A stretch of DNA of 64,000 bases from an uncultured Smithella sp. GTDB taxonomy: Bacteria > Desulfobacterota > Syntrophia > Syntrophales > Smithellaceae. Made by a program: the position numbers and the translations under genes. Every line of letters starts with the position of its first letter. Position 1 is the first letter of the stretch. The stretch covers positions 171,146 through 235,145 of the forward strand of contig CAYNWA010000002.1 in assembly GCA_964400795.1 (NCBI GenBank), written 5' to 3'. The notes under the pieces were generated by a model, which saw only the letters and a program-made list of their open reading frames with translations, did not search any database and was not told the DNA's origin. Shown here one piece after another: positions 18,766 to 28,588 of the stretch.

Positions 18766-18915
18766 ATGTCAATTACAAAATGGACTGATCCAATCACGAA
18801 AATAGAATACAAAATCGGCACCATCGGCTGGGAAGCACCGCAAAAATTCTCACAAATTATTGATGCGCTAATTCCCACCTACGGTTTATGGGGCGGCCCC
18901 GGCTGGGCGGAATAA
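18766..18915 (+). CDS. Candidate 49-aa ORF with a C-terminal YGLWGGPGW motif
   Basis: SD ggggag 7 nt upstream. MSITKWTDPITKIEYKIGTIGWEAPQKFSQIIDALIPTYGLWGGPGWAE. Below the ORF-track size cutoff; no family recognised. Confidence 0.3.
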   Translation: MSITKWTDPITKIEYKIGTIGWEAPQKFSQIIDALIPTYGLWGGPGWAE

Positions 18916-18933
18916 AAAAAGTGGAGCAATAAG

Positions 18934-19911
18934 TTGGTCGAACAGACAGAAAAAATCAAATTCAACGTAAACAAAAGCCAAAGCGGGCTGAGGCTGGATA
19001 TTTTTTTAGCGCAGAGCGAGGCGGCGCTTTCCCGTTCGCAGGTCAAGTATGCCATCGAGGAAGGTGATGTGCTGGTCAACGACAAAGTTCCCAAAGTCAG
19101 CCAGCATCTCAAGGAAGGCGATGTGATTGTGCTGACCAAAAAGCCGCCAGTGGAGGCCAAAGCCGTCCCGCAGGAAATGCCTCTGGATATCGTTTACGAA
19201 GACGACGCCGTGATCGTCATCAACAAACCGGCGGGCATGGTGGTGCATCCGGCGCCGGGCAATCCCGAAAAAACGCTGGTCAACGCCCTGCTCTATCACT
19301 GCCATGATTTATCCGGCATCGGCGGGGTTCTGCGACCGGGTATTGTACACCGGCTGGACAAGGACACGTCCGGTTTGATCGTGGCGGCAAAATCCGATGA
19401 AGCGCATCGAAATCTTTCGGCGCAGTTTGAAAAACACGACGTGCACAAAAAATATCTGGCGCTGGTCTGGGGTGATGTCAAAGGCAGCCACGGAGAAATC
19501 GTGGCAGCCGTAGGCAGGCATCCGGTCAACCGCAAGAAGATGTCCACAAAAAGCAAACACGGCAGGGGCGCGCTCACGCTCTGGCAGGTGCGCGAACGCT
19601 ATGGCGTGGTAACGCTGCTGGAAGTGGAAATCAAAACTGGCCGCACGCACCAGATCCGCGTGCATCTGTCCGACCGCGGCTATCCGGTGGTGGGCGACGC
19701 TGTTTACGGCAACACGTCCCGAATCAAAGCGATTGCCGATCCCGTGCTGAAAGCCAGGCTCAAGGAATTCAACCGGCAGGCGCTGCATGCGGTGCAGCTT
19801 TCCTTCATTCATCCGCAAAAAAACGAACGGATGGTCTTTACCGCGGACATGCCGCGGGACATGACTGATTTGTGCGCCCAGTTGCGCTTAAAAACTGCGC
19901 CGACAAAATAA
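18934..19911 (+). CDS. rluD: 23S rRNA pseudouridine synthase, RluA family (RluD-like)
   Basis: N-terminal S4 domain, catalytic motif HRLDKDTSGL, C-terminal RTHQIRVH. TTG start. Confidence 0.9.
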   Translation: MVEQTEKIKFNVNKSQSGLRLDIFLAQSEAALSRSQVKYAIEEGDVLVNDKVPKVSQHLKEGDVIVLTKKPPVEAKAVPQEMPLDIVYEDDAVIVINKPAGMVVHPAPGNPEKTLVNALLYHCHDLSGIGGVLRPGIVHRLDKDTSGLIVAAKSDEAHRNLSAQFEKHDVHKKYLALVWGDVKGSHGEIVAAVGRHPVNRKKMSTKSKHGRGALTLWQVRERYGVVTLLEVEIKTGRTHQIRVHLSDRGYPVVGDAVYGNTSRIKAIADPVLKARLKEFNRQALHAVQLSFIHPQKNERMVFTADMPRDMTDLCAQLRLKTAPTK

Positions 19912-19915
19912 GATT

Positions 19916-20042
19916 GTCATTCCGAAATCCCGATATAGAGGGATGAGGAATCTTGAAGTGATTATTAGCAAGACTTCTCTCCCCGATCAATCGGGGTTCG
20001 AAGTGACATAGGATGTCGCACGCACTGCGCTTTGAAATGACA
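19916..20042. repeat. REP-like repeats (family 1), three units
   Basis: gtcattccgaaatcccgatatagagggatgaggaatc ; ctccccgatcaatcggggttcgaagtgac ; gtcgcacgcactgcgctttgaaatgac. Confidence 0.55.
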
Positions 20043-20126
20043 CAAAAACTAATTGCAGTAACAATTTTTAAATATTAATATATTTCGCAATACACTGATA
20101 AAAATTATCGCCAAGGCAGGGCGCAA

Positions 20127-20981
20127 ATGTTTAATCTGAATAAAAGACATTCCATACAGTATTACGAATCTTCCTATTTGAGCGGATGCGATTTTCTAAC
20201 TCACGCCTTCTGCACCAGACTCGGCGGTGTCTCGGATGAGGATTACAAATCGCTGAACATCAGCTTCAAGGAAGGCGATCTGGAAAGCAAGGTTTTGCAG
20301 AACTGGAATCGCCTGGCCATGGCGTTTGCCATACCGCTGGAAAATTTTCTTACCTTGAATCAGGTTCACGGTGACGATATTTTTGTCATCAAACCGTATG
20401 GCGATTATTTCCCCACCGACAAAGCTCTGGATTACGACGCCATTGTTACCACCCGTGAGAATCTGGCCATCTGCATCAAGACCGCGGATTGTGTGCCGGT
20501 GTTTATCGTTGACCGGGCAAAAAAAATCATCGCAGCGGTTCACGCCGGGTGGAAAGGCACCGCTCTGGAAATAACGGCCAAAGTCATTAATCTTTTATAC
20601 GACAGATATGATTCGTCTCCGCGTGATATTCTTACAGCAATAGGACCTTCTATCGGTTTGTGCTGCTTCGAACTGGATGAAGAGCCGGCGGAAACTTTTC
20701 GCAAGCTGAATGATCATGAAGAATTTTTATTCGCCGGTAACACTCCGGGCAAATGGATAGTGGATTTGCCGGAAGCCAACCGGCGACAGATGATCAATTG
20801 CGGCATTCCAGAATCCAATATCGATCTCTCCCGTTTATGCACTTCATGCCGTCAGAATTTATTTTTCTCATATCGGGGTTCGGGCGGCATTACGGGCCGG
20901 CAGCTTAATTTTATCATGATGAAGGGAGAAGAGCCCTGCCGCGTGATGACCATCGGCGACGAATACCCGCGAATTCAATAA
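20127..20981 (+). CDS. pgeF: YfiH/PgeF-family (DUF152, laccase-domain) protein
   Basis: Motifs HAFCTRLGGVS, NQVHG, KTADCVPV, HAGWKGT. Confidence 0.85.
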   Translation: MFNLNKRHSIQYYESSYLSGCDFLTHAFCTRLGGVSDEDYKSLNISFKEGDLESKVLQNWNRLAMAFAIPLENFLTLNQVHGDDIFVIKPYGDYFPTDKALDYDAIVTTRENLAICIKTADCVPVFIVDRAKKIIAAVHAGWKGTALEITAKVINLLYDRYDSSPRDILTAIGPSIGLCCFELDEEPAETFRKLNDHEEFLFAGNTPGKWIVDLPEANRRQMINCGIPESNIDLSRLCTSCRQNLFFSYRGSGGITGRQLNFIMMKGEEPCRVMTIGDEYPRIQ

Positions 20982-21055
20982 AAACATTGGTATTGACAGT
21001 AATTATTTTCAGTATTACTTAAAAGCCACCGCACTTTGAAAAAGGAGTAAGGTAA

Positions 21056-22033
21056 ATGATTATCGTTACAGGAGGTGCCGGATTTATCGGCAGCGCTTTT
21101 GTCTGGAAACTCAACCAGGAAGGCATTGATAACATTATCATCGTTGACCGTCTGGGCACATCGGACAAATGGAAAAATCTGGTCAACCTTCGTTTTGTCA
21201 ATTACATCCATAAAGACGACTTTCTGGAGATGATTGACACCGACATGGTGCCTTTCAAAATTGACGCCATAATCCACATGGGCGCCTGCTCTTCCACGAC
21301 CGAACGCGATGCCGACTACCTTTGGCACAACAATTACGCGTATACAAAGATTCTAACCGAATGGGCGCTGGAGCATGACGTCCGTTTTATTTACGCCAGT
21401 TCAGCCGCGACATACGGAGACGGTTCCAAAGGTTTTTCAGACAACCATAAAAAAACCGATGACTTGAAGCCAATTAATATGTACGGTTATTCCAAGCAGG
21501 TGTTTGATCTGTGGGTGCTGCGGCAGAAGCTTGAAAACAGAATGGCGGGAATCAAATTTTTCAATGTCTTCGGCCCCAACGAATATCACAAGGGCGACAT
21601 GTCCAGCGTCATCTTCAAGGCCTTTCATCAGATCAGGGAAACCGGCAAGGTCAGACTTTTCAAATCCTATAAAAAGGAATACAAAGACGGCGGCCAGATG
21701 CGCGATTTTGTCTACATTAAAGACTGCGTCAACGTTATGTGGTGGCTGTTTAATAATCCAAAGGCCAACGGCATTTTCAACCTGGGTACCGGCAAAGCCA
21801 GAACATGGAACGATTTAATCAAAGCCGTTTTTGCCGCGATGAAGAAAAAAACCAATATTGAGTACATTCCCATGCCGGAAACTCTGCGCAACCAGTACCA
21901 GTATTTTACTGAGGCGGAAATGACTAAACTGAAGAAGGCAGGCTGTCCGGTGAAGTTTTCCTCACTCGAAGATTCTGCACATGATTATGTAACAAAATAT
22001 TTGCAGAAAACCGACCCGCACTTGGGGAATTAG
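21056..22033 (+). CDS. hldD: ADP-L-glycero-D-manno-heptose 6-epimerase
   Basis: MIIVTGGAGFIGS Rossmann fold, catalytic YGYSK, length and N-terminus typical of HldD/RfaD. Confidence 0.9.
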   Translation: MIIVTGGAGFIGSAFVWKLNQEGIDNIIIVDRLGTSDKWKNLVNLRFVNYIHKDDFLEMIDTDMVPFKIDAIIHMGACSSTTERDADYLWHNNYAYTKILTEWALEHDVRFIYASSAATYGDGSKGFSDNHKKTDDLKPINMYGYSKQVFDLWVLRQKLENRMAGIKFFNVFGPNEYHKGDMSSVIFKAFHQIRETGKVRLFKSYKKEYKDGGQMRDFVYIKDCVNVMWWLFNNPKANGIFNLGTGKARTWNDLIKAVFAAMKKKTNIEYIPMPETLRNQYQYFTEAEMTKLKKAGCPVKFSSLEDSAHDYVTKYLQKTDPHLGN

Positions 22034-22115
22034 AAATTATTTTCTTCCGAAAAATAATTTCGTGAATGAACTTATCCCGATTTATCGGAATTAGGAACTT
22101 AAAAGCTTCCTTATT

Positions 22116-22185
22116 GTCATTCCCGCGTAGGCGGGAATCCAGTATTTTCAATTTTTTTTTGGATTCCGGCTTTCGCCGGAATGAC
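22116..22185. repeat. REP-like repeat (family 1), inverted pair
   Basis: gtcattcccgcgtaggcgggaatcc ... ggattccggctttcgccggaatgac. Confidence 0.7.
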
Positions 22186-22216
22186 AAAAAAAATTGGGAC
22201 TTTTACGGAGTCTTTA

Positions 22217-22975
22217 ATGAAAAGAAAAATTGTTTGTATTATTCCCTCACGCTACGAATCCAGTCGGTTTCCCGGCAAGCCTCTGGCCGACCTTTGCGGT
22301 AAGCCGATGATTCAACACGTTTATCAACGTGTGGCCAAAGCCAAGGTAGTTCCCTACGTGGCGGTAGCCACCGACGATCAGAGAATATTTGACGCGGTAA
22401 AAAATTTCGGTGGTAACGCCGTCATGACGGCCGTCACACATCGCTCCGGTACCGACCGCATTGCCGAAGCGATAAAATCGCTTAATCTTTCCGCCGACGA
22501 TATCGTTGTCAACATACAGGGTGACCAGCCTATTTTCGAACCGGCGCAGGTTGATGAAGTCATTCAGCCGTTGATGGATGATCCATCCATCAACATGTCC
22601 ACACTGATTTATAAAATTGTTCTCGACGAGGAAATAACCCATCCGCACGCAGTCAAGGTTGTTCTCGATCATCAGAATTTCGCTCTTTACTTTTCGCGGG
22701 CAACCATTCCGTATGTCCGTGATAAAAATCTGAAAGCCGATTATTACAAACACCACGGCATATACGCCTACCGGCGCGATTTTCTCGATGTCTTCACCGG
22801 GCTTCCCGAAGGGAAGCTGGAAAAACTCGAAGCCCTCGAACAACTGCGCGCACTGGAATATGGCTATAAAATAAAAGTTGTAATTACACCCTACGATTCC
22901 GTGGAAGTGGACAACAAACAGGAACTGGAAAGAGTGCGGAAGATTCTTATTGCGCAAAGAAAAGAAACAAAATAA
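22217..22975 (+). CDS. kdsB: 3-deoxy-manno-octulosonate cytidylyltransferase (CMP-KDO synthetase)
   Basis: IIPSRYESSRFPGKPL N-terminus. SD acggag before the ATG at 22217. The ORF-track start 22181 lies inside the REP element. Confidence 0.9.
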   Translation: MKRKIVCIIPSRYESSRFPGKPLADLCGKPMIQHVYQRVAKAKVVPYVAVATDDQRIFDAVKNFGGNAVMTAVTHRSGTDRIAEAIKSLNLSADDIVVNIQGDQPIFEPAQVDEVIQPLMDDPSINMSTLIYKIVLDEEITHPHAVKVVLDHQNFALYFSRATIPYVRDKNLKADYYKHHGIYAYRRDFLDVFTGLPEGKLEKLEALEQLRALEYGYKIKVVITPYDSVEVDNKQELERVRKILIAQRKETK

Positions 22976-24147
22976 TGACATTCCTGAAAACAAAACCTAT
23001 AACAAAAATTGTATTAACATGTGCTCTTCTGATGTTGATTGGCACTTTTCCCGGCAATGCTGCTGAAATTGATGAAAGTCTCGCAAAATGCGCAAAAATC
23101 AAGAATGACGCCAAAAGATTAAAATGTTTCGACAAGCTGTCTAAAAAAGCGGCTGTAAAAGAAACAGTTGCAGCAGTCCCTTCAGAAAAACATGATATCC
23201 CCTCTGCTTCCGCTAAAAAAACTGCAAAAAAAGAAATTGCCGCAGAGCAAACGGCTGTTGCCGTTATGGAAAAACATTGGGATATGAACCGTGATCCCAA
23301 AAAGGAAAGAAATATTTTCGTGCTGTGGCCGTATCGCCCCTGTTATTTCCTGCCGCTGGCCTATAATTCAACACCCAATCAAGATGCCGCGCTGGATTTC
23401 GATCCTGATGCCAAAGCCAGACACAACGAGGTTAAATTTCAGTTAAGCTTTAAATTCAAGCTGTGGAGAGACATGATCAGAAACCAGGCCATAAAAGATA
23501 TAATCGAGAAAAGCACCGGCGTCAGAGGAGTCGATCTCTGGCTCGCCTACACACAGCAATCCTTTTGGCAACTTTACAATAACGCATTTTCCTCGCCCTT
23601 TCGAGACACCAATTATGAACCGGAGATGTTGCTGAATTTCCGTCTGCAGCGTGAGATTCCGTACCTGATGGGAACAAAACTGCAATATGTCAATGTGGGA
23701 TTCAACCACCAGTCGAACGGCCGCTCCGAACCGCTTTCACGAAGCTGGAACCGCATTGTTGCCAATGTCGGTTTGGAAAAGAATTTCGGTCCGGAGAAAA
23801 AAGACTCCTTCGGCCTGCAGTTAAGAACATGGTACCGCCTGCCCGAAGAGGATGAAGATGACGACAATCCCGACATGTCTAGATATATGGGATATGGCGA
23901 ACTCATGGGAACTCTCTACTGGAAAGAGCAGCGGTTTTCTGTGATGCTCCGCAATAATTTGCGATCAGAAAATAAGGGCGCCGTACAGGTGGAATGGAGC
24001 ATGCCCCTGCACACAATTAACGAAAATCTGGCGAGAAAGATAAGCCTTTATTTACAGTACTTCAATGGTTACGGAGAAAGCCTGCTCGACTATAACAAAA
24101 GCACCAACAGGATAAGCGCCGGTGTCATGCTGGCGGACTGGAACTGA
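22975..24147 (+). CDS. pldA: Outer-membrane phospholipase A (OMPLA)
   Basis: Signal peptide, YTQQSFWQ and catalytic HxSNG (HQSNG) motifs. The ATG overlaps the kdsB stop (TAATG). Confidence 0.8.
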   Translation: MTFLKTKPITKIVLTCALLMLIGTFPGNAAEIDESLAKCAKIKNDAKRLKCFDKLSKKAAVKETVAAVPSEKHDIPSASAKKTAKKEIAAEQTAVAVMEKHWDMNRDPKKERNIFVLWPYRPCYFLPLAYNSTPNQDAALDFDPDAKARHNEVKFQLSFKFKLWRDMIRNQAIKDIIEKSTGVRGVDLWLAYTQQSFWQLYNNAFSSPFRDTNYEPEMLLNFRLQREIPYLMGTKLQYVNVGFNHQSNGRSEPLSRSWNRIVANVGLEKNFGPEKKDSFGLQLRTWYRLPEEDEDDDNPDMSRYMGYGELMGTLYWKEQRFSVMLRNNLRSENKGAVQVEWSMPLHTINENLARKISLYLQYFNGYGESLLDYNKSTNRISAGVMLADWN

Positions 24148-24293
24148 TATTCTTTATTGCATAATGCAACTGACTGATATATAAATACAAGCGTAATAAG
24201 CATCAAAAGATGTTTGGAAAGTTAACAACATTAAACGATTTCTTAAGCGCTAATATTTCATAAAAACAAGAAGCGGTTTAAAGAGGCTATTTA

Positions 24294-24674
24294 ATGAGTT
24301 ACGACTTTTCTATTGAGTTCAACGGCAAGTACATTCACATAATTCATGCTCCGGATTATGAAATTTGTCCGGAAAGCAATGAAAAAATGTGGAAGGAATT
24401 ATCACAGGCATGTAAAGAGTACAAATGCTTAAAAGTTCTGGCCGAAGGTCCCTCTCAGAAAAGAAGAATTACTTCATTGGATGCATACCAATCAGGTTCA
24501 CAGGCATCGGAATCCATTCCGGGACTAACGTTGGCCATCTGTATTTATAAATATACTCCCGATACAACCACCGACTTTTTTAAAAATGTCGCCTATAACC
24601 GGGGCGCCCGCATCGAATTTTTCAGCGACAAGAAAAAAGCCCTCGCTTGGCTCGGTTTTAAAGAAACCGAGTAA
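24294..24674 (+). CDS. Hypothetical protein (126 aa; possibly a STAS-like fold)
   Basis: No motif recognised with confidence. The C-terminal ...RIEFFSDKKKALAWLG resembles the end of STAS/anti-sigma-antagonist-like domains. Confidence 0.45.
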   Translation: MSYDFSIEFNGKYIHIIHAPDYEICPESNEKMWKELSQACKEYKCLKVLAEGPSQKRRITSLDAYQSGSQASESIPGLTLAICIYKYTPDTTTDFFKNVAYNRGARIEFFSDKKKALAWLGFKETE

Positions 24675-24735
24675 ATCCCTGATCGAGGTATTACATAAAT
24701 AACCAAAGTTCGAATATCAATTGTGAAGTGCTTAG

Positions 24736-25332
24736 ATGGATACTGATCAAGAAAAGTATTTAATTGCTCAGATTAAAGAAGCTATCTCTCGTAGTAGAGG
24801 GTACGCAGACCATTTTTGTTGGCCTCTTGATCGCGATCTAGAGGAGTATGGTATTGCAAAAATATTATCCGATTCTCTTAACGACAAAGGGCAGTTGTTT
24901 TTTGATCGCAACAACCTAATAGAACGCGGTCGAGGCAATGATCCTCCGGATTGTGAAGCAATAGATTTATATGAGAGAAAAATTGGGATTGAAGTTACGG
25001 AGCTAGTTGATCCTATTGCAATAGAAAAACTAAAAAAACACGAAGTGTATGAATGGGCACAATGGGACAAAAACAAGATAGTCCGTGCCCTAAACGAAAG
25101 ACTCAATGCTAAAGATAGGCCCGCTTATATCAAAGGAGGACCTTACGCTACCTATATCGTCATTATTCATACGGATGAACCGTATTTAAATGCAACGGAC
25201 GTTAACAACCTATTGAAGGATGTTCTTTTTGAGAAAAGAAAGTTGGTTAATAGAGCATTCTTACTTCTTTCCTATGATCCAGATCCAAGAGTAAAAACAT
25301 ATCCATATATAGAACTGAAATTCAGCCCTTAA
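24736..25332 (+). CDS. Hypothetical protein (198 aa; possible PD-(D/E)xK-like nuclease core)
   Basis: DPPDCEAIDLYERKIGIEVTELV resembles a PD...E.x core, but the canonical Lys is not evident. Lower G+C by eye. Confidence 0.45.
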   Translation: MDTDQEKYLIAQIKEAISRSRGYADHFCWPLDRDLEEYGIAKILSDSLNDKGQLFFDRNNLIERGRGNDPPDCEAIDLYERKIGIEVTELVDPIAIEKLKKHEVYEWAQWDKNKIVRALNERLNAKDRPAYIKGGPYATYIVIIHTDEPYLNATDVNNLLKDVLFEKRKLVNRAFLLLSYDPDPRVKTYPYIELKFSP

Positions 25333-25393
25333 CTAGTCCAGGTATCTAAACGCCAAAAGTGACCTTCTTCTGCGTATACAAATAAATACTTTA

Positions 25394-25570
25394 GGGCTGT
25401 TCAAAAATGCCCAGATGCAAGGCGCACGAAAAGCGCACCGCGAGGCGTGACGATTTATTCTTTATACCAACTTTGATTTCAAAGGATAACGCGGCGGCGA
25501 GGAGTCGGATCCACAGGCGTATATGACAATACGTCGAGGAAGCCGACGACGCTGCCAACAAAGTTAGCCA
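25394..25570. repeat. Intergenic repeat family 2, two copies in inverted orientation
   Basis: gggctgttcaaaaatgcccagatgcaaggcgc... and ...aggcgtatatgacaatacgtcgaggaagccgacgacgctgcc...ttagcc. Related by eye to 27405..27504. Confidence 0.4.
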
Positions 25571-25588
25571 AAGAAATCAAAATTGGTA

Positions 25589-27250
25589 TCAGTCTTTAAA
25601 GATGGCGCCTGTTGAGGAGGACGTAACCAACTTTGCATACCTCACCAGATATCCCTTGGTAATTCTCGGTTTGAATGGCTTCAAGGCTTTTTTACGTCTC
25701 GCCAGTTCCTGAGCGCTGACTTTCAGGTTCAGTTTCTTGGCCGGAATATCGATGGAAATAATATCGCCTTCCTTGACCAGAGCTATCGAGCCGCCTTCCG
25801 CGGCTTCGGGAGAGACGTGGCCGATGGCCGCGCCCTGCGTGCCGCCGCTGAAACGTCCGTCCGTCAAAAGAGCGACGGTTTTATCCAGCCCCATGCCGAC
25901 AATGGCCGAGGTGGGTGAAAGCATTTCTCTCATACCCGGACCGCCCTTGGGTCCTTCGTAGCGTATAACCACAATGTCGCCGCCTTTGATTTTGCCGCCC
26001 AGAATCGCCTTGATGGCATCGTCTTCGCTGTCAAACACACGCGCTTTGCCGTCGTTCACCTGCATCGCCGGAGCAACCGCCGATTGTTTGACGACTGCTC
26101 CGTCCGGCGCGAGATTGCCGCGCAGAATAGCAATACCGCCCTGCTGCAAATAAGGATTTTTCAGAGGCCTAATCACATCGGTATTAAGAACTTTTGCATT
26201 CTTCAAATTGGCGCCGACGGTTTTTCCGGTCACTGTCATGACTTTTTCATCAATGACACCGAGCGCGCTGATAACTTTCATGACCGCCTGAATGCCGCCT
26301 GCCGCATCCAGATCTTCAACATGATGATGTCCCGCGGGACTGAGTTTGCAGAGATTGGGCGTTTTTTCGCTGATCCTATTAAAGAGATCCAAATCGAGTT
26401 TAATTCCCGCTTCATGGGCAACGGCGGGAATATGCAAAACGGTATTGGTGGAACAGCCAAGCGCCATATCCACGGCTATGGCGTTTTTAAAAGCGGCCAG
26501 TGTGGCAATATCGCGCGGCCGGATGTTGCGCTTGAGCAGATCCATGATTTTCATTCCGGCCTGTTTGGCCAGCCGGTGACGCGCGGCCAGTATCGCAGGA
26601 ATGGTTCCGTTGCCGGGCAAACCAAGACCCAAAGCTTCGGTAACGCAATTCATGGAATTGGCGGTGAACATACCGGAGCAGGAACCGCAACCCGGACAGG
26701 CGCAGTCTTCCAGTTCTTTAAGTCGTGCAGCGGTCATCTTTTTTACTTTGACGGCGCCAACGCCTTCAAAAACACTGATGAGATCAACAGCCTTGTCCTG
26801 GAGTTTTCCGGCCAGCATCGGACCGCCGCTGATGAAAATGGAAGGAATGTTCAGACGCAGAGCGGCCATAAGCATCCCGGGAACAATTTTGTCACAATTG
26901 GTAACAAAAACCAGAGCGTCAAAAGGATGAGCCATGGCCATGATCTCGATGGAATCGGCAATTAGCTCGCGGCTGGCCAGCGAAAACTTCATGCCTTCGT
27001 GACCCATGGCGATGCCGTCACAAACGCCGATGACAGGAAATTCCACGGGTGTTCCTCCGGCCATGCGTATTCCCGCCTTGACATCCTGCGTGATGAGATC
27101 CAGATGAATGTGTCCGGGAATAATTTCATTGGCCGAATTGACCACGCCGATTAATGGTCTGGCAAGTTCTTCATCCGTGTAGCCCATCGCCTTGAACAGC
27201 GAACGATGCGGTGCCCGTTCGAAACCTTTTTTCATGAGATCGCTTCGCAT
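25589..27250 (-). CDS. ilvD: Dihydroxy-acid dehydratase
   Basis: IlvD/Edd family over the full length ([18 protein letters not shown]..., [15 protein letters not shown]). SD gggagag before the ATG at 27250. The ORF-track start 27418 reads through REP elements. Confidence 0.95.
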   Translation of the reverse strand: MRSDLMKKGFERAPHRSLFKAMGYTDEELARPLIGVVNSANEIIPGHIHLDLITQDVKAGIRMAGGTPVEFPVIGVCDGIAMGHEGMKFSLASRELIADSIEIMAMAHPFDALVFVTNCDKIVPGMLMAALRLNIPSIFISGGPMLAGKLQDKAVDLISVFEGVGAVKVKKMTAARLKELEDCACPGCGSCSGMFTANSMNCVTEALGLGLPGNGTIPAILAARHRLAKQAGMKIMDLLKRNIRPRDIATLAAFKNAIAVDMALGCSTNTVLHIPAVAHEAGIKLDLDLFNRISEKTPNLCKLSPAGHHHVEDLDAAGGIQAVMKVISALGVIDEKVMTVTGKTVGANLKNAKVLNTDVIRPLKNPYLQQGGIAILRGNLAPDGAVVKQSAVAPAMQVNDGKARVFDSEDDAIKAILGGKIKGGDIVVIRYEGPKGGPGMREMLSPTSAIVGMGLDKTVALLTDGRFSGGTQGAAIGHVSPEAAEGGSIALVKEGDIISIDIPAKKLNLKVSAQELARRKKALKPFKPRITKGYLVRYAKLVTSSSTGAIFKD

Positions 27251-27288
27251 TGTTTTCTCTCCCTTGATGAAATAATCTGTATCATTCC

Positions 27289-27367
27289 GAGGAATCCTGA
27301 TAATCAGGATGACGAGGAATCTTATTCGACAAGAATAAAAAGATTTCTCCCTACGGTCGAAATGACA
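27289..27367. repeat. REP-like repeats (family 1)
   Basis: gtatcattccgaggaatcctgataatcaggatgacgaggaatc ... tctccctacggtcgaaatgac. Confidence 0.6.
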
Positions 27368-27404
27368 AATCTTAATTGTAAACGACTTCTTTAAAAGTTC
27401 CAGA

Positions 27405-27504
27405 GGCGAGGCGCGCAAGTCTTGAGGAATGAGGTGTATTTATACATACTCCGCAATGACGAAAGACGCCGCGCAACGCCGTAGATGGACTTTTTACAAA
27501 GCCT
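27405..27504. repeat. Intergenic repeat family 2, single copy
   Basis: ggcgaggcgcgcaag...aggtgtatttatacatactccgcaatgacgaaagacgccgcgcaacgccgtagatggactttttacaaagcc. Its reverse complement parallels 25394 onward. Confidence 0.4.
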
Positions 27505-27506
27505 GA

Positions 27507-28565
27507 TTATTTTTTCTTGCGTTTTTCCGGCCTCAACTCTCGCACGGCGGCTCCTGCCTTCCACATTTCAGAATTTCGCATCTCTTTGAGTTCCTTCTCC
27601 AGCTTGACCCGGTAATCGGGAGCACTGTTGGCCTTCAATACGATCGCCGTTTCCTTCCCGCTCGCGACCGACTTATAAAGCTGGGCAAACACGGGCGTAA
27701 CCGCTTTGCGAAATTTATGACGCCAATCCAGAGCGCCGCGTTGAGCCGTGGTGGAGCAATTGGCGTACATCCAATCCATGCCGTTTTCCGCAACCAGACG
27801 GATCAGGCTCTGCGTCAGTTCCTCCACGGTTTCGTTGAAGGCTTCACTCGGCGTATGGCCGTGTTTGCGCAGTATGTTGTACTGGGCTTCCATGATTCCC
27901 GCCAGCGCGCCCATGAGCACGCCGCGTTCACCGGTCAAATCGCTGTAAACTTCCTTCTGGAAGGTTGTCGGAAATAAAAATCCGGACCCGATGGCAATAC
28001 CCAGCGCCAGCGTTCGTTCCATAGCCCGTCCCGTATAATTCTGATGCACGGCAAAGCTGGAGTTGATACCGCTGCCATCCAGGAAATTTCGGCGGACGGA
28101 TGTTCCAGAACCTTTGGGAGCCACCATAATAACATCCACAAACTTGGGGGGCACAACGCCCGTCTGCTTCTTGTAAACAATGGAGAAGCCATGCGAGAAA
28201 TAAAGCGCATCTCCTTTGTTCAGATTGGCCTTGACCTTTGGCCAGAGAAGTTTCTGGGCGGCGTCGGAAACAAGGTACTGAATGATCGTACCTCGTTTAA
28301 CAGCTTCTTCAATCGGGAAAAGTGTCTTGCCGGGCTTCCAACCGTCGGCAACGGCCTTTTTCCAGTAGCGCATATCTTCTTTGGCCTGACCGATAATGAC
28401 GTTAATACCGTTATCTTTCATGTTCTTCGCCTGAGCCGGCCCCTGCACGCCGTAACCGATAACCGCTACCACTTCATTCTTTAAAACCTTCTGAGCTTTT
28501 TTCAGTGGAAATTCTTTCGCTGTAATGACATCTTCGAGAACGCCACCAAAATTAATTTTTGCCAT
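27507..28565 (-). CDS. ilvC: Ketol-acid reductoisomerase (class I)
   Basis: GYGVQGPAQAKNMKDNG NADP fold; KARI-specific knotted-domain region. ilv operon context. Confidence 0.95.
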   Translation of the reverse strand: MAKINFGGVLEDVITAKEFPLKKAQKVLKNEVVAVIGYGVQGPAQAKNMKDNGINVIIGQAKEDMRYWKKAVADGWKPGKTLFPIEEAVKRGTIIQYLVSDAAQKLLWPKVKANLNKGDALYFSHGFSIVYKKQTGVVPPKFVDVIMVAPKGSGTSVRRNFLDGSGINSSFAVHQNYTGRAMERTLALGIAIGSGFLFPTTFQKEVYSDLTGERGVLMGALAGIMEAQYNILRKHGHTPSEAFNETVEELTQSLIRLVAENGMDWMYANCSTTAQRGALDWRHKFRKAVTPVFAQLYKSVASGKETAIVLKANSAPDYRVKLEKELKEMRNSEMWKAGAAVRELRPEKRKKK

Positions 28566-28588
28566 GATAACCCCCTATTCTGAATTAA

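Noticed and set aside
19981-20010. tRNA-like T-arm (ggggttcgaag)
   Set aside because: It is part of a family-1 REP unit. No acceptor stem, anticodon arm or D-arm can be built around it.
26084-26965. Long antisense ORFs (for example 26084-26965 opposite ilvD, 22247-22993 opposite kdsB, 39332-40087 opposite mtnA, 56228-56971 opposite the OYE gene, 38527-39090 opposite gatB)
   Set aside because: These are shadow ORFs opposite confidently identified genes. Their composition is biased (Arg/Gly/His-rich or Phe/Ile-rich), with no motifs and no SD.
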